64,000 bases of DNA, taken from assembly GCA_038087875.1 (NCBI GenBank), contig CM075993.1:2420001-2484000 (forward strand), read 5' to 3'. Position numbers and translations under genes: made by a program. Below the pieces are notes generated by a model, which saw nothing but the letters and a program-made list of their open reading frames with translations, was not told the DNA's origin and ran no database searches. Source of the DNA: Malacoraja senta (Eukaryota). Positions 23,879-37,807 of the stretch are shown piece by piece (position 1 is the stretch's first letter; every line of letters begins with the position of its first letter).

Positions 23879-26286
23879 AGAGGTGGTCCATGATATTCTA
23901 ACACCTCTGTAACTGTGAATAAATTATGTAGAATATTTAAATGCTTTAATCTTCTTCTTTTCGTGTCCATCTTGTTACAAATGTTGGCCTCGCTGTCATC
24001 ATCCGTCCTGAAAAGGACGCATGCTTCCGGCGACAATCAGTGGAAGCCATCACTTGTCGCAATAGATGATGGTGGTAGCAGAATTAGCTCGGGATACTTC
24101 CAGTTTCCAGCCCCGCGACGTGGACGCTCCTGCTATGGGGCCAATGCTTTAATTATATGTCAATATTCCTGTTTCACTCTAGTTCCTCATTGAGTGAAAC
24201 TCTTTTACCTTGCACTAAACGTTATTCCCTTATCCCTGAAGAAGGGTCTCGACCCGAAACTTCACCTATTCCTTCGCTCCATAGATGCTGCCTCACCCGC
24301 TGAGTTTCTCCACCTTCCAGCATCTGCAGTTCTTTCTTAAACACTCCCTTATCATGTATCTATACACTGTAAATGGATTGAATGTAATCACGTATTGTCT
24401 TCCCGCTGACTAGATAGCACACAACAAAAACTTTTCACTGTACCTCGGTACACGTGACAATAAACTAAGCTCAACTTTTCCTTTAAGACCTTTATTACAG
24501 CAGATGATTAATACATAATGCATTAAGGAAAAGTATATTTACTGTGATAATACTATTCAAATATAATATCTACACTTCTATTAGTATACCAGTGAGGCCT
24601 CTTTTTGTAGGTACTTGAGTTAATGAACCCTTGTTTTGCTTTTACATAATCAATCAATATTCTTGTCTTCAAAGTGTTTTTTATTGTACTGTTGCCTATG
24701 TTTAATTCTTGTTGCAATCACATCTCCATAACATCACCTAGAATTATTCTCTTTAACATATGATAAGACTGATGAACTAAAATTGATAAATTTTGCTTCA
24801 AGAGTCATGTGTTTAACTTTCACATACACGGGACGATGACTTCTTTCTTACTGAAGCTATACAAGCAATCAATAAACATGCAATAAATTGTAATATACTA
24901 AATTATCAGTTATACTAGGTGTTAAAGAAAGCACCACAAAGATCAGGCAAGGTAATCAAGGTAATGAAGAGTGTCAAAAACAGTGATCACTGGGAATCCT
25001 AGATTGCTCAACCAACAAAGATTTATCTACTCCTTAGAAAACAGAATTTTCCTGTGATGTGTTGTTTACTGTTGCAGGCACTTATGTATTTTTCTTTCTT
25101 CTGAATAATCTCATAACAATTATAAATCGTGCACCTCCGTAAAAATACAGATCAGTAAACACAGCCCAATTCCACAGCCCCATTACCGATCAGCAGATGT
25201 CCTGTTACCCTTTCCACCTGTTTTTTTAAAATTGTTTTCGCATTGCCGTTTGTCCTTTGACAACAAAGAACAGAACCTGACGACAGTAGGCTGCAGGAAG
25301 GGCCAGGTACACATGCTCAATATCAACCTTCTTTAAAGCACAGAATTATTTAGACACATGAAGAGGACTTTGAGGTAGACAAAAGTTCTGGAGAAACTCA
25401 GCGGGTGCAGCAGCATCTATGGATTTCCTTCGCTCCATAGAAGCTGCTGCACCCGCTGAGTTTCTCCAGCACTTTTGTCTACCTTTGATTTTCCAGCATC
25501 TGCAGTTCCTTCTTAAACAAGAGGACTTTGAGCATTATTAGGCACTCTACCTGTCCCTATCTTCTGCTGTCGTCGTGAAGCTTAGTCATTTATTTTTGAC
25601 ATGGGTAACCAGGTCATCATAAAGCAAGCCAAAATATCTTGTGCAATCTATAATGCCTAGTGTATAATAGTTTGGTGCTGAGGTAGGGTTGTGGTTTGGA
25701 TTGTGTCGGGTGGTTCAAGATTCTGATCGTTGATGAGAAGAAGAAGCTCTTCTCGAACCTGTGGAACCTGGACGTAGCAGTCTCAGGCCCCTACACCTAC
25801 TGGAGAAATTGAGAAAGAAATTTGAGAAAGAGCAGAACAGTGCTCCCTAGTGTCCTGGTCAATAATTTATCCCTCAATTAAAAAAAAATATTAAATGAGA
25901 TCATGTTTTTGTGGGAGCCTGCTGTGCACAAACTGGTTCCCTCAGCATCAACCTTCAAAGTACCTCACTGGCTTTGGGATGTGGAAGAAGCTATATAAAA
26001 AGCAGGGCGCATTCAAAGTGTTCAGCAAATGTCAGACAGCATCTGTGCTGTCCTTGCGGAGTTTGCACGTTCTTCTTGTGACCGTGTGGGTTTCCTCCGA
26101 GTGCTCCGGTTTCCTCCTACATACCAAAGACGTGCGGGTTTGTAGGTTAATCTCCCTCTGTACATTGTCCCGACTGTGTAGAAAGTGGGAGAGCATAGAA
26201 CCTGTGAACCAGTAGATACTACAAAGACTTGTGGGCATTGGTCTTATCTTTTTGCAATATTATTAGCGGGTGTGTCTATCTATATC

Positions 26287-26287
<1 letters not shown>

Positions 26288-26380
<93 letters not shown>

Positions 26381-26478
26381 TTTAATATATGTATATACAT
26401 GTATACACACCAACACATATATGTATATATATATGTATAATATATATGTGTGTGTGTTTGCAGATATATGTATATACT
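26288..26478. repeat. (TG)n microsatellite followed by TA/CA-rich tract
   Basis: Direct reading. Confidence 0.95.
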
Positions 26479-26595
26479 AAACCTTTCATTTCCATTCATT
26501 ATATTGTTTACAGAGTACTATGTTTCCAAGTTCTGTTGTGCTGCCTCAAGTAAGGATTTCATTGCTCTATTTGGGACATATGGCAATAAAACTCG

Positions 26596-27020
26596 CTAGA
26601 ATTTAGGAGATTGAGAGGGGATCTTATAGAAACGTACAAAATTCTTATGGGGTTGGACAGGCTAGATGCAGGAAGATTGTTCCCGATGTTGGGGAAGTCC
26701 AGGACAAGGGGTCACAGCTTAAGGATAAGGGGGAAATCCTTTAAGACCGAGATGAGGAAAAACTTTTTCACACAGAGAGTGGTGAATCTCTGGAACTCTC
26801 TGCCACAGAGGGTAGTTGACGCCAGTTCATTGGCTATATTTAAGAGGGAGTTAGATGTGGCCCTTGTGACTAAGGGGATCAGGGGGTATGGAGAGAAGGC
26901 CGGTACAGGATACTGAGTTGGATGATCAGCCATGATCATATTGAATGGCGGTGCAGGCTCGAAGGGCCGAATGGCCTACTCCTGCACCTATTGTCTATGT
27001 ATCTATTCTATGTATCTATG
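26596..27020 (+). mobile_element. CR1-clade LINE 3' end
   Basis: ORF 26611-26916 and tail. Confidence 0.9.
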
Positions 27021-27289
27021 TAAAACATTCTTGACTCTTGACTCTTGAACTCACAGTGAATAGTTTTACGGTCTAGATGTTTGGAGTATACAATTGGACG
27101 AACATAGTATTATATGGTAGACAAAAATGCTGGAGAAACTCAGCGGTTGAGGCAACATCTATGTCTTCCTTCGCTCCATAGATGCTGCCTCAATCGCTGA
27201 GTTTCTCCAGCATTTTTGTCTACCTTCGATTTTCCAGCATCTGTAGTTCCTTCTTAAACATATGTATGCTTTGTGCTTTTCTGGCCATT

Positions 27290-27628
27290 CATGTCATAAG
27301 AAATAGTAGAATTAGGCTATTCGGCCCATCTAGTCTACTCATGGTTGATCTATCTCTCCCGCCTAACCCCATTCTCCTGCCTTCTCCCCATGACCTCTGA
27401 TACCCGTACTAATTAAGAATCTATCTATCTCTGCCTTAAAAATATCCACTGACTTGGCCTCCACGGCCTTCTGTGGAAAATAATTCCACAGATTCACCAC
27501 CCTCTGACTAAATAAATTTCTCCTCATCTCTTTCCTAAAAGAACGTCCTTTAATTCTGAGGCTGTGACCTCTAGTCCTTGACTCTCCCACTTGTGGAAAC
27601 ATCCTCTCCACATCCAATCTATCCAAGC
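27290..27628 (-). mobile_element. CR1-clade LINE 3' end (third subfamily)
   Basis: LDRLDVERMFPQVGESRTRGHSL..FSQRVVNLWN; relatives at about 4950-5435 (+) and 14455-14720 (+). Confidence 0.85.
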
Positions 27629-28115
27629 TGTGCTTGAACAGAGAGGAACATGTGCTATAATTTAAGATCCCTGCATGTAGTTCTTGGCTTATGCTAACCT
27701 GCTGGGCTAGCCTTTCTCTTGACAACTCCCTGGGAATCCAGCCTACCATCTCCGGATGTGACTGAGGGCTCTCAAAATAGCATTGTATCTGCCACTACAT
27801 GACAGGAGCACTGAAGCATATCTGAAGACTAAGCATGGAGGAATGTTAATGGCAGCACTGAGGATTTCAAGCAATCAATTACATCATTGAAATACCTTCA
27901 CCTTTGAGCCCCAAAAGGTCATTCAGTTCTGTGATTCCAGTGCGCTAAATAACACAAGACAGATTTGGACAACGGAATTTCTAAAGAAGAGGATGTTAGA
28001 TTGCTTCCTGCACTGAAATTAGTTTCTTCCGCAAATGTATTGATCTTCTAATCAATAAAGGACTGTCTGGCACGAAGCTAACAAATTATGCTGTTATTTT
28101 TTTTTTCGTTCATAG

Positions 28116-28322
<207 letters not shown>

Positions 28323-29124
28323 TAAAGCTGATCACAAGCAGACTCTCTGCTGCTCCACAAGGTACCGAAGATAGACACGATAGAAGATAGGGCGGCACAG
28401 TGTCGCAGCGGTAGAGTCGCTGCCTTACAGCGCTTGCAGCGCTGGAGATCCGGGTTCAATCCCGACTACGGGTGCTGTCTGTGCCGAGTTTGTACCTTCT
28501 CCCCGTGACCTGCGTGGGCTTTCTCCGAGATCTTCGGTTTCCTCCCGCACTCCAAAGACACAATGCTGGAGTAACTCAGCGAGACAGGCAGCATCTCTGG
28601 AGAGAAGGAATGGGTGACATTTTGGGTTGAGACCCTTCCTCAGACTGTCTACTCCCCCTTTGCCTCCCATAGTTTTATATACTTCTATCAGGTCGTCAAA
28701 ATCTTGAAACAGGTACAAGAGCTCATCGAGTGCACGCTGACTATTGATCTCCCATTCACACTAGTTCTACGTTATCCCACTTTATAATCCACAGGCGTAC
28801 TTTTACAGTGTCCAATTAGCCTACAAACCACTCGTCTTTGGGTTGTGGGAGGAAACCGGAGCACCTGTAGGAAACCCACGAGGTCACAGGGAGAATGTGC
28901 AAACTCCACACAGACAGCACCGAAGTCAAGAGTTAAGAGTGTTTATTGCCATATGTACCAAAACAGGACAATGACATTCTTGAACATTGAATTCTCCCAA
29001 TTCTGCTAGCCCTTGCTGTCCCCTCCCCTTCATCAGCCCTCTGGTTGTCTCCTCCCCTCCCCCAGCCCTCAGGCTCCTCCTCCGCCTTTTTCCTTTTTTC
29101 CTTTCTTCTCCCCACCCCCTATCA

Positions 29125-29156
29125 GTCTGAAGAAGGGTTTCGGCCCGAAACGTTGC
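29125..29156 (+). ncRNA. Minimal hammerhead ribozyme motif (subfamily B)
   Basis: gtCTGAAGAaGGGTttcgGCCCGAAACGTTgc: UUCG-capped stem II, palindromic AACGTT in place of stem III. Confidence 0.6.
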
Positions 29157-30699
29157 CTATTTCCTTCGCTCCATAGATGCTGCTGCACCCGCTGAGTTTC
29201 TCCAGCATTTTTGTGTACCTGCTGGAGAAACTCAGCGGGTGCAGCAGCATCTATGGAGCGAAGGAAATAGGCAACGTTTCGGCCCGAAACCCTTCCGGGT
29301 TTCGTCCCGAAACGTTGCCTATTTCCTTCAGGGTTTCGGCCCGAAACGTTGCCTATTTCCTTCGCTCCATAGATGCTGCTGCACCCGCTGAGTTTCTCCA
29401 GCATTTTTGTGTACCTTCTCGATTGTCAGGATTGAAGCCCGGTCTCTGGTGCTATGAGCACTAGAGCATTGTCTTCACACTGATGCCATAAGCTGTGCAG
29501 GAATTTTAATATTAGTCAAAGCCCCCTGATAACAATCCTGTAACATTGCTAAGATAGACACAAAATCTGGAGTAACTCGGCAGGTCAGACAACATCTCTG
29601 GAGAAAAGGAATAGGTGACATTTCGGGTTGAGACCCTTCTTCAGACTGGGATAACATTGCTATCTGCTCTGGAATTCTGCTCGTATTTCGCTAATGTTCC
29701 TTTCTGAGATTGAGATAAGAACAGGCATGGAATGATGCAGATAATGGCATTGATGGGCTGCCATTTTACACTTGCCTTCAATGGATTTTCCGGTCACTTC
29801 TCATGGCACTTAGCTAATCCTTCACGACTTCAGCCTTGTCTAAAGATTAGATGCATCTTCAATGTGTTGGAGTGCCTGACAATACAAAGTGTTTCTGCCA
29901 CAGTAAGACCTTTTTGGGGAAAATGCCTCAAATTGAGCGATGCATCTGACTGATATGAGATTTATTTGAGAAAGACTTGCTTTCTGTGTCCCTTCCACTC
30001 AAAAGGTGCTGGGAAACATACTTCGTGAAAACAGGCCATTCAACCCATTGAGTCCATGCTGACCAGAAAGCAAAGATAGACACAAAAAGCTGGAGTAACT
30101 CAGCGGGACAGGCAGCATCTCTGGAGAGAAGGAATGGGTGACGTTTTGGGTCGAGACCCTTCTCCAGAGATGCTGCCTGTCCCGCTGAGTTTCTTTAGCA
30201 TTTTGTGTCTATCTTGGATTTAAACCAGTATCTGCAGTTCTTTCCTACGCATTTTGACCATAAAGCACCCATTTACATTAATCCCTTGTCGACAAAAATG
30301 CTGGAGAAACTCAGTGGGTGAGGCAGCATCTATGGAGCGAAGGAAATAGGCAACGTTTCGAGCCGAAACCCTTCTTCAGACATTAACCCCTGATTTATTC
30401 TCGCCATATTCCCATGGACTTTCACTAGACTTTACCATCCCTCTACACGTGGCAAGACTTAGAGCAGCCAATCTGCCAATCGATTTCATGCCTTTGGGAT
30501 GTGGGAGGAAAGTGGACCATCTGGTCACAGGGAGGGTGTGCAAACTCCACACAGACAGCACTAGAGCAGTTGGGATTGAGTCCAGATCACCGGAGTAGTG
30601 AGCTAGCAGCCGTCCTACTCGCAACGTTCTGCACCTTTCATTTAGTTTAGTTTAGTTTAGTTTAGAGATACGGAAACAGCACCTTAGGGCCGCCGGATC

Positions 30700-31245
30700 A
30701 ATAGACAATAGACAATAGACAATAGACAATAGGTGCAGGAGTAGGCCATTTGGCCCTTCGAGCCAGCACCGCCATTCAATGTGATCATGACTGATCATCC
30801 CCAATCAGTACCCCGTTCTTGCCTTCTCCCCATATCCCCTGACTCCGCTATTTTTAAGAGCCCTATCTAGCTCTCTCTTGAAAGCATCCAGAGAACCTGC
30901 CTCCACCGCCCTCTGAGGCAGAGAATTTCACAGACTCATCACTCTCTGTGAGAAAAAGTGTTTCCTCGTCTCTGTTCTAAATGGCTTACCCCTTATTCTT
31001 AAACTGTGGCCCCTGGTTCTGGACTCCCCCAATATCGGGAACATGTTTCCTGCCTCTAGCGTGTCCAAACCTTTAACAATCTTATATGTTTCAATGAGAT
31101 CCCCTCCCATCCTTCTAAACTCCAGCGTGTACAAGCCCAGCTGCTCCATTCTCTCAGCATATGACAGTCCCGCCATCCCGGGAATTAACCTTGTAAGCCT
31201 ACGCTGCACTCCCTCAATAGGAAGAATGTCCTTCGTCAAATTAGG
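30700..31245 (-). mobile_element. CR1-clade LINE 3' fragment inserted in a SINE
   Basis: ORF 30928-31281 motifs; (aatagac)n tail. Confidence 0.9.
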
Positions 31246-31733
31246 AGTCCTCGCCGACCAGCGATCCCCATGCACCAGCACTATCCTACACTAGTGACCA
31301 TTTACAATCTTTTATGTGGGAGGTAACCGGAGCACCCAGGAAAAGCCCACGCAGTCGCGGGGATAACCTAAAGTCATAGAGACAGCACCAGTCGCCAGGA
31401 TCGAACCCTGGTCTCTGCATCGTTAAGGCAGCAACTCTACCGCTGCGCCACCATGCCGCCCCATTTTGTTGTAACGAAGGAACACAGAGCAAACCTAAGT
31501 TATGCCTGTCGGCAGAAGTCTTATTGCTAATCAACTTCATCCAAACAAAAAAGAGATAGACACAAAAAGCTGAAGTAACTCAGCGGGTCAGACAGTGTCT
31601 CTGTAGAGACGGAATATGAATAAGATAAAAGAGATTATCTGATCATTGCTATTTGTTGCCATTCCATTTATATGAGCATTCCATTAGCTGTATATTACTT
31701 TTCAGTGACCATAAGGGGGTAGAGGGTACTATA

Positions 31734-32053
31734 TTTTAGTTTAGTTTAGAGATATAGCGCGGAAACAGGCCCTTCGGCCCACCGGGTTCCGTGCCGACCA
31801 GCGATCCCGGTACATTAACACTATCCTACACCAACTAGGGACAATTTTTACATTTACCAAGCCAATTAACCTACAAACCTGCACGTCTTTGGAATGTGGG
31901 AGGAAACCGAATATCTCAGAGAAAACCCACGCAGGTCACGGGGAGAACGTGCAAACTCCGTACAGACAGCACCCGTAGTCGGGATCGAACCCGGGTCTCC
32001 GGCGCTGCATTCGCTATAAGGCAGCAACTCTACTGCTGCGCCACCGTGACCGC
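31734..32053 (-). mobile_element. Full-length tRNA-derived SINE (V-SINE/HE1-like)
   Basis: Head ggtggcgcagcagtagag (A box) and gggttcgatcc (B box), core ggtttcctcccaca, LINE-like 3' gggccgaagggcctgtttcc, (taaac)n tail. Confidence 0.88.
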
Positions 32054-34134
32054 CATATATACGTGCAATGAATGAATGAATGATGTTTTATTGTCACATG
32101 AGCCTCTCGCTACCCGACAGAAACTGGTTTAGTTAAATATCACATCGTTCATCCAGAAAGGAGTAGGGAATTTAGGGAAAAATGTGGAGCAGGTGGAGTT
32201 AGGTGACAGATCAAACATAACGTCGGTGAATGACAGGACAGGTTTGTGGAGCAAAATAGCCTTTGTTCCTTCTTGCTATTTTCCAATGTACAGCTGGGAG
32301 GTTTGTAAACAGTGTCGCTAATATTAGCTGTGGAAGAGCAGATCAGGTTGCATCTTACTGGTGTGGATTAGCTTCAACAGCATGCCGGAAATATTTTCAC
32401 CGTTATGCATTGTGTGAGTTTTCCACTGACTTTGTTTTTAGGATTTACAAGGAATAGGGCGCAGTGTTAGAGTTGCTGCCTTTCAGCGTTTACAGCTCTG
32501 GAGAACCGGGTTCGATCCCGACTACGGGTTCTGTCTGTACAAAGTTTATATCTCCCCCACCCCCCCCGTGACTGCGTGGATTTTCTCCGAGATCTTCGGT
32601 TTCTTCCCACGCTCCAAAGGCATACAGGTTTGTAGGTTAATTGACTTGGTATAAGTGTAAATTGTCCCTGGTGTTAATGTGCGGGGAGCGCTGGTTGGCG
32701 CGGACTCGATGGGCGAAGGGCCTGTTTCCACGCTGTATCTCTAAATCAACAAAAATGTTGAGATCCTCCCGCCTGTGGTGTCCTCTCCTGCCACCGAAAG
32801 GGTTATGTGTAGGAAAGAACTGCAGAAGGTAGACAAAAGTGCTGGAGAAACTCAGCGGGTGCGGCAGCATCTATGGAGCGAAGGAAATAGGCAACGTTTC
32901 GGGACGAAACGTTGCCTATTTCCTTCGCTCCATAGAAGAAGGGTTTCGGCCCGAAACGTTGCCTATTTCCTTCGCTCCATAGATGCTGCCGCACCCGCTG
33001 AGTTTCTCCAGCACTTTTGTCTACCTTCGATTTTCCAGCATCTGCTGTTCCTTCTTCAACATTTTGAAAGAACTGCAGATGCTGGCTTAACTCACAAAAT
33101 GCTGGAGTAACTCAGCGGGTGAGGCAGCATCCCTGGAGAGAAGGAACGAGCGACGTTTCAGGTCGCGGCCCTTCTTCAGACCGAAAAGTGTTATATTAAC
33201 TCCTCTGCAAACTTGCCAATGCATTCGCTAACTCATCCAGTGTAGAAGTCCGTGTGCATCGTCAGTAATGGGCAACTCAGCTCAGCGGGTCAGGCAGCAT
33301 CTCTGGAGAAAAGGAATAGGTGACGTTCCGATCGTGAAGAGTGGAGGAGGACTGATTGTACTTTGTGCCTTCCACCACAGTGAAGAATGTTGTGGTGGAT
33401 GTTTGTGTTAAATCTTGTGTGTTCTTTTTTGATTGTACCGCTGCTGGCAAATTCATTTCACTGCCCTTATATGTGTATGTATGTGATGAATAAAACTGAT
33501 TGGTTGATTGATTGATTGAAGAAGGGTCTCGACCCGAAACGTCACCTATTCCATTTCTCCAGAGATGCTACCTGTCCTGCTGAGTTCATAAGTTGACAGG
33601 TTTTAGGGGTGGAATTAGGCCATTTGGCCCATCGAGTCTACTCCGCCGTTCAATCATGGCTGATCTCTGCCTCCTAATCCCATTCTCCAGCCTTCTCCCC
33701 ATAACCCTTGACACCCGTTTTAATCAAGAATTTGTCTATCTCTGCCTTTAAACTATCCACTGACTTGGCCTCCACAGCTCGAGAGTTAATCCAGCTTTTT
33801 GTGTCTGTCTACTGATGAAGATTCACTGGATATAAGGAAAGAGTTCACCAAATGATGTCTTGCATCCATATTAATAAGTTATTTTCTCTTGTTATGCAGT
33901 AGGATTTTAACTTAGAATGAGTCGAGAACCAGGGGCCACAGTTTAAGAATAAAGGGGAGGCCATTTAAAACTGAGGTGTGAAAAAACATTTTCACCCAAA
34001 GAGTTGTGAATTTGTGGAATTCTCTGCCACATAGGGCAGTGGAGGCCAATTCACTGGATGAATTTAAAAGAGAGTTAGATAGAGCTCTAGTGGCTAGTGG
34101 AATCAAGGGATATGGTGAGAAGGCAGGTTTACTA

Positions 34135-34670
34135 ATTAGAGATTAGAGATTAGAGATTCCTTTATTTGTCATTCAGACCTTTCGGTCTGAACGAAATTTC
34201 GTTGCCTGCAGTCATACATATAATAATAAATAACAAAACACACAATAAACACAAATTAACATCCACCACAGTGAGTTCACCAGGCACCTCCTCACTGTGA
34301 TGGAGGCAAAAGTCTTAAAGTCTCTGTCTCTTCCCGCTTTGTTCTTCCTCTGCGCTGAGGCGATCCAGGCTTCTGACGTTGTGACCCCGCCGGGTGATGG
34401 TAAGTCAGTCCCGCGGCTGAATCCGTGCTCCGTCCACGACGGGCCGGTTCAAACTCCGCGGCCCGGGGTGGCCGAAGCTGCCGAAGCTGCCGCCCTCCAG
34501 TCCAGCGGACGCAGCTGTAGTTGCGGGAGCCCCAGAAAAACAGGTCACCCACCTGTGACCTGCGAGCTCCCGACGATGTCGTCCACCGGGCCCGCGGCCG
34601 AGCCTCCGGATTCAGGTCGCCACCGGTGTCCTCGGTCGCCACCTCCGGAACGCCACCGCAGCCCCGAAGT
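34135..34670 (-). mobile_element. GC-rich non-coding retroposon with (tctaatc)n tail, inserted in a CR1 3' end
   Basis: Shares atccaccacagtgagt..cacctcctcactgtgatgga and ggttcaaactccgcggcccggg with 35028-35330; CR1 resumes at 34671. Confidence 0.6.
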
Positions 34671-37245
34671 TCAGCCATGATCACAGTGAATGGCGGTGCA
34701 GGCTCGAAGGGCCAAATGGCCTCCTCCTGCACCTATTTTCTATGTTTCTAAGAACGGACAGTAAACATGATGGTTTTTGTTTCATGAAATCTTTTGACAG
34801 GCCTGAGGTGTAGGGAGAGGTTGGGTAGGCTAGGATTTTATTCTTTGGAGCGCAGGAGGATGAGGAGTGATCTTACAGAGATGTACAAGATTATCAGGGG
34901 AATAGTAGGGGAATGAAAAACCAGGGCACATAGGTTTCAGGTAAGAGGGCAAAGATGTAAGAGGAACATCACGGGCATCCTTTTCACACAGTGGGTGGTG
35001 GGTGTATGGAACAAGCAGCCAGAGGAGTATCCTTTATTGTCATTCAGACATTTCAGTCTGAACGAAATTGTAAACCTTGCAGTCATAACATAGAATAAAA
35101 TAACAAAACACACACTTAACACAGTTTACCATCCACCACAGTGAGTCTACCAGACACCTCCTCACTGTGATGGAAGGCAAAAGTCTTAAAGTCCTTGTCT
35201 CTTCCCTCCTCATCTCCCTCTGCATTGAGGCGATCCAGCTTCCGACGTAGGGACCCTGCCGGGTGATGGTAAGTCCAGCGGCCGCATCCGAGCTCCGCGA
35301 ATGGGCTGGTTCAAACTCCGCGGCCCGGGATATGTGAATGGGAAAGGTTTAGAGGGATACGGGCCAAATGTGGACAGGTGGGACTAGTGTAGATGGGGCA
35401 GTTTGGTTGGCATGGACAAGTTGGGCCGAAGGGCCTGTTTCCACACTGCGTGACTCTAAAATATACCCATTTAATTGATTGCAGAATGTGACTGAGATCA
35501 ACTAGCCTGTAGGAATAATCTACAAAGAAGATGCACAAAGTAAGCTATTCAGCCCCTGAAACATGTTGCTGTCTATAAATGTTGTGAGGAATGATCTTTG
35601 ACCTAACTCCACATTGCCCTTTCTCCATATTCCTGAAACCCTGGTCCATCAATTCCCAGTGTGGAACGTACAACCAATCTTGAGTTTACCATCAGTAATA
35701 ATACCATCATACTCCTCAGTGCCATCATCGTAGTATAGTGCTTAGTACCCCTGCATGTCACGTGGGAGACCAGTGTTGGGCGGCATGGTAGAGTTGCTGC
35801 CTCACAGCGCCAGAGACCCAGGTAGAGTTGCTGCCTCACGACGCCAGAGACCCTGACTACGGGTGCTGTCTGTACGGAGTTTGCACGTTCTCACCGTGAC
35901 CTCGTGGGTTTTCTCCTGGTGCTCTGGTTTCCTCCCACACTCCAAAGACGTGCAGGTTTGTAGGTTAATTGGCTTCTGTAAATTGACCCTACTGTGTATT
36001 GGGGTAGGACTAGTGTGCGGGGATCGCTGGTTGGCGTGGACTCGGTGGGCCGAAGGGCCTGTTTCCATGCAGTATCTCTAAACTAAACAAAAAAAAACTA
36101 AACTAATGCCACAGGAGTTTCGCTTAAGTCATTGTGTAATTATGGCACAAAAACATCACAGAAAACACTTCATCGTGAAAGAGTATAAATTCAATTTTAC
36201 TGTATTTGGAGACTTGCTGTCAAATTAGACTGTAAAAGTAAAGGAAGGTATGTGATCTGTGCAGAGGGATCCTCTCCAAGTGCAGTTTGCACACAAATGA
36301 TAAACATTAAAGTGGAAAATGATAAATAATACCAGAGGGAATTGACTGAATATTGGCTTTATCGAAAATTTATGACCTCTTGATTCATTTGGCACCACGG
36401 GTTGAATGTTACAGCAAAAAATAGATTGGGCACAGAGGCAGAAAATGGCTTAAATAAATCAACAAACTTGCAAAAAGCTCTTTACAGCAATGAGTCGCCT
36501 CACTGCATTTTACACAGGAGGACAGCTAGAGAGGGGGGGTGGGGGGTCGGTTCGCTGGAGCAGCGGTAGAGTTGCTGCCCTACAGTTGCGTGCAATGCCA
36601 GAGACTCGGGTTCGATCCCGACTACGGGTGCTTGTCCATACGGAATTTTGTACGTTCTCCCTGTGTGGAGGTCTTCAATTTCCTCCCACATTCCAAAGAT
36701 GTATGCGTTTGTAGGTTAATTGGCATGGTATGAAATGTTTTCAAAAAATTGTCCCTAGTGTGTGTGTGTGTGGGACAGTGTTAATGTGCAGGGATCGCTG
36801 GTCGGCGCGGACTCGTTGGGCCGAAAGGTCTGTTTCCCCGCTGTATCTCTAAACTAAACTAAACTAAACTAAAGGGGTCAGGAGGTGACAGCAGATCCCA
36901 AAATCCTTTGGATAGTTATTTCTCCAAAGATCATATTGTCTAGAATTTGCGTCTAACCCTCCTCTGATGGGATGAAGAGCTGCAGTGAGACCACAGACAA
37001 TCCTTCTGAAGAAATCCCCAAGCTGGACGAAAACACTAAGTTAGAGGGAATGTTGTATGATGAAGGAACTGCAGATGTCGGTTTGCACCAAAGATAGACA
37101 CAAAATGCTGGAGTAACTCGGCGGGACAGGCAGCATCTCTGGAGAGAAGGAATGGGTGACGTTTCAGTCTGAAGCAGGGTCTCGACCAGAAACATCACCC
37201 ATTCCTTCTCTCCAGAGATGCTGCCTGTCCCGCTGAGTTACTCCT

Positions 37246-37340
37246 GCATTTTGTGTCTATCTTCAGTTTAAACCAGCATTTTGTGTCTATCTTCAGTTTA
37301 AACCAGCATTTTGTGTCTATCTTCAGCTTAAACCAGCATT
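37246..37340. repeat. 30-bp tandem repeat x3 derived from the Penelope-end repeat
   Basis: gcattttgtgtctatcttcagtttaaacca repeated. Confidence 0.9.
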
Positions 37341-37807
37341 AGATATATCTTATATATCTACATATAAGATACAGTATATGTAGAATATCTTACACATATT
37401 CTACCTTTGATAGCTTCATATATGAAACCATATCATATCCAATAGTTATCATATGTTTTGAAGACCTTCTGTTCATGAATATTGCTTTCTCTTGATGATT
37501 TTTCCCAATGCTACAATAGTATCTGCTCTTCAAAAGCACGTCATTGACTATGAAGTTTTTGGGGGGGGGTTGTTAAGGTATTTAACTTCCTTTGGACAAC
37601 TAACTTTTTAAACAGTAGTTAAATATTAGTCTTATCAAAAGAAATCCCGTGGATTATAGGCTGGCAATAATGGTGAACCTCTATAAACGAGGTCTATCTA
37701 AAACCGACTATAATAACTATGATGATGGGTCTCGACCCGAAACGTCACCCATTCCTTCTCTCCAGAGATGCTGCCTGTCCCGCTGAGTTACTGCAGCATG
37801 TTGGGTC

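Noticed and set aside
34292..34751. GC-rich ORFs / possible CpG-island promoter (also 12715-13097, 57491-57748)
   Set aside because: CpG richness is confined to young transposon copies.
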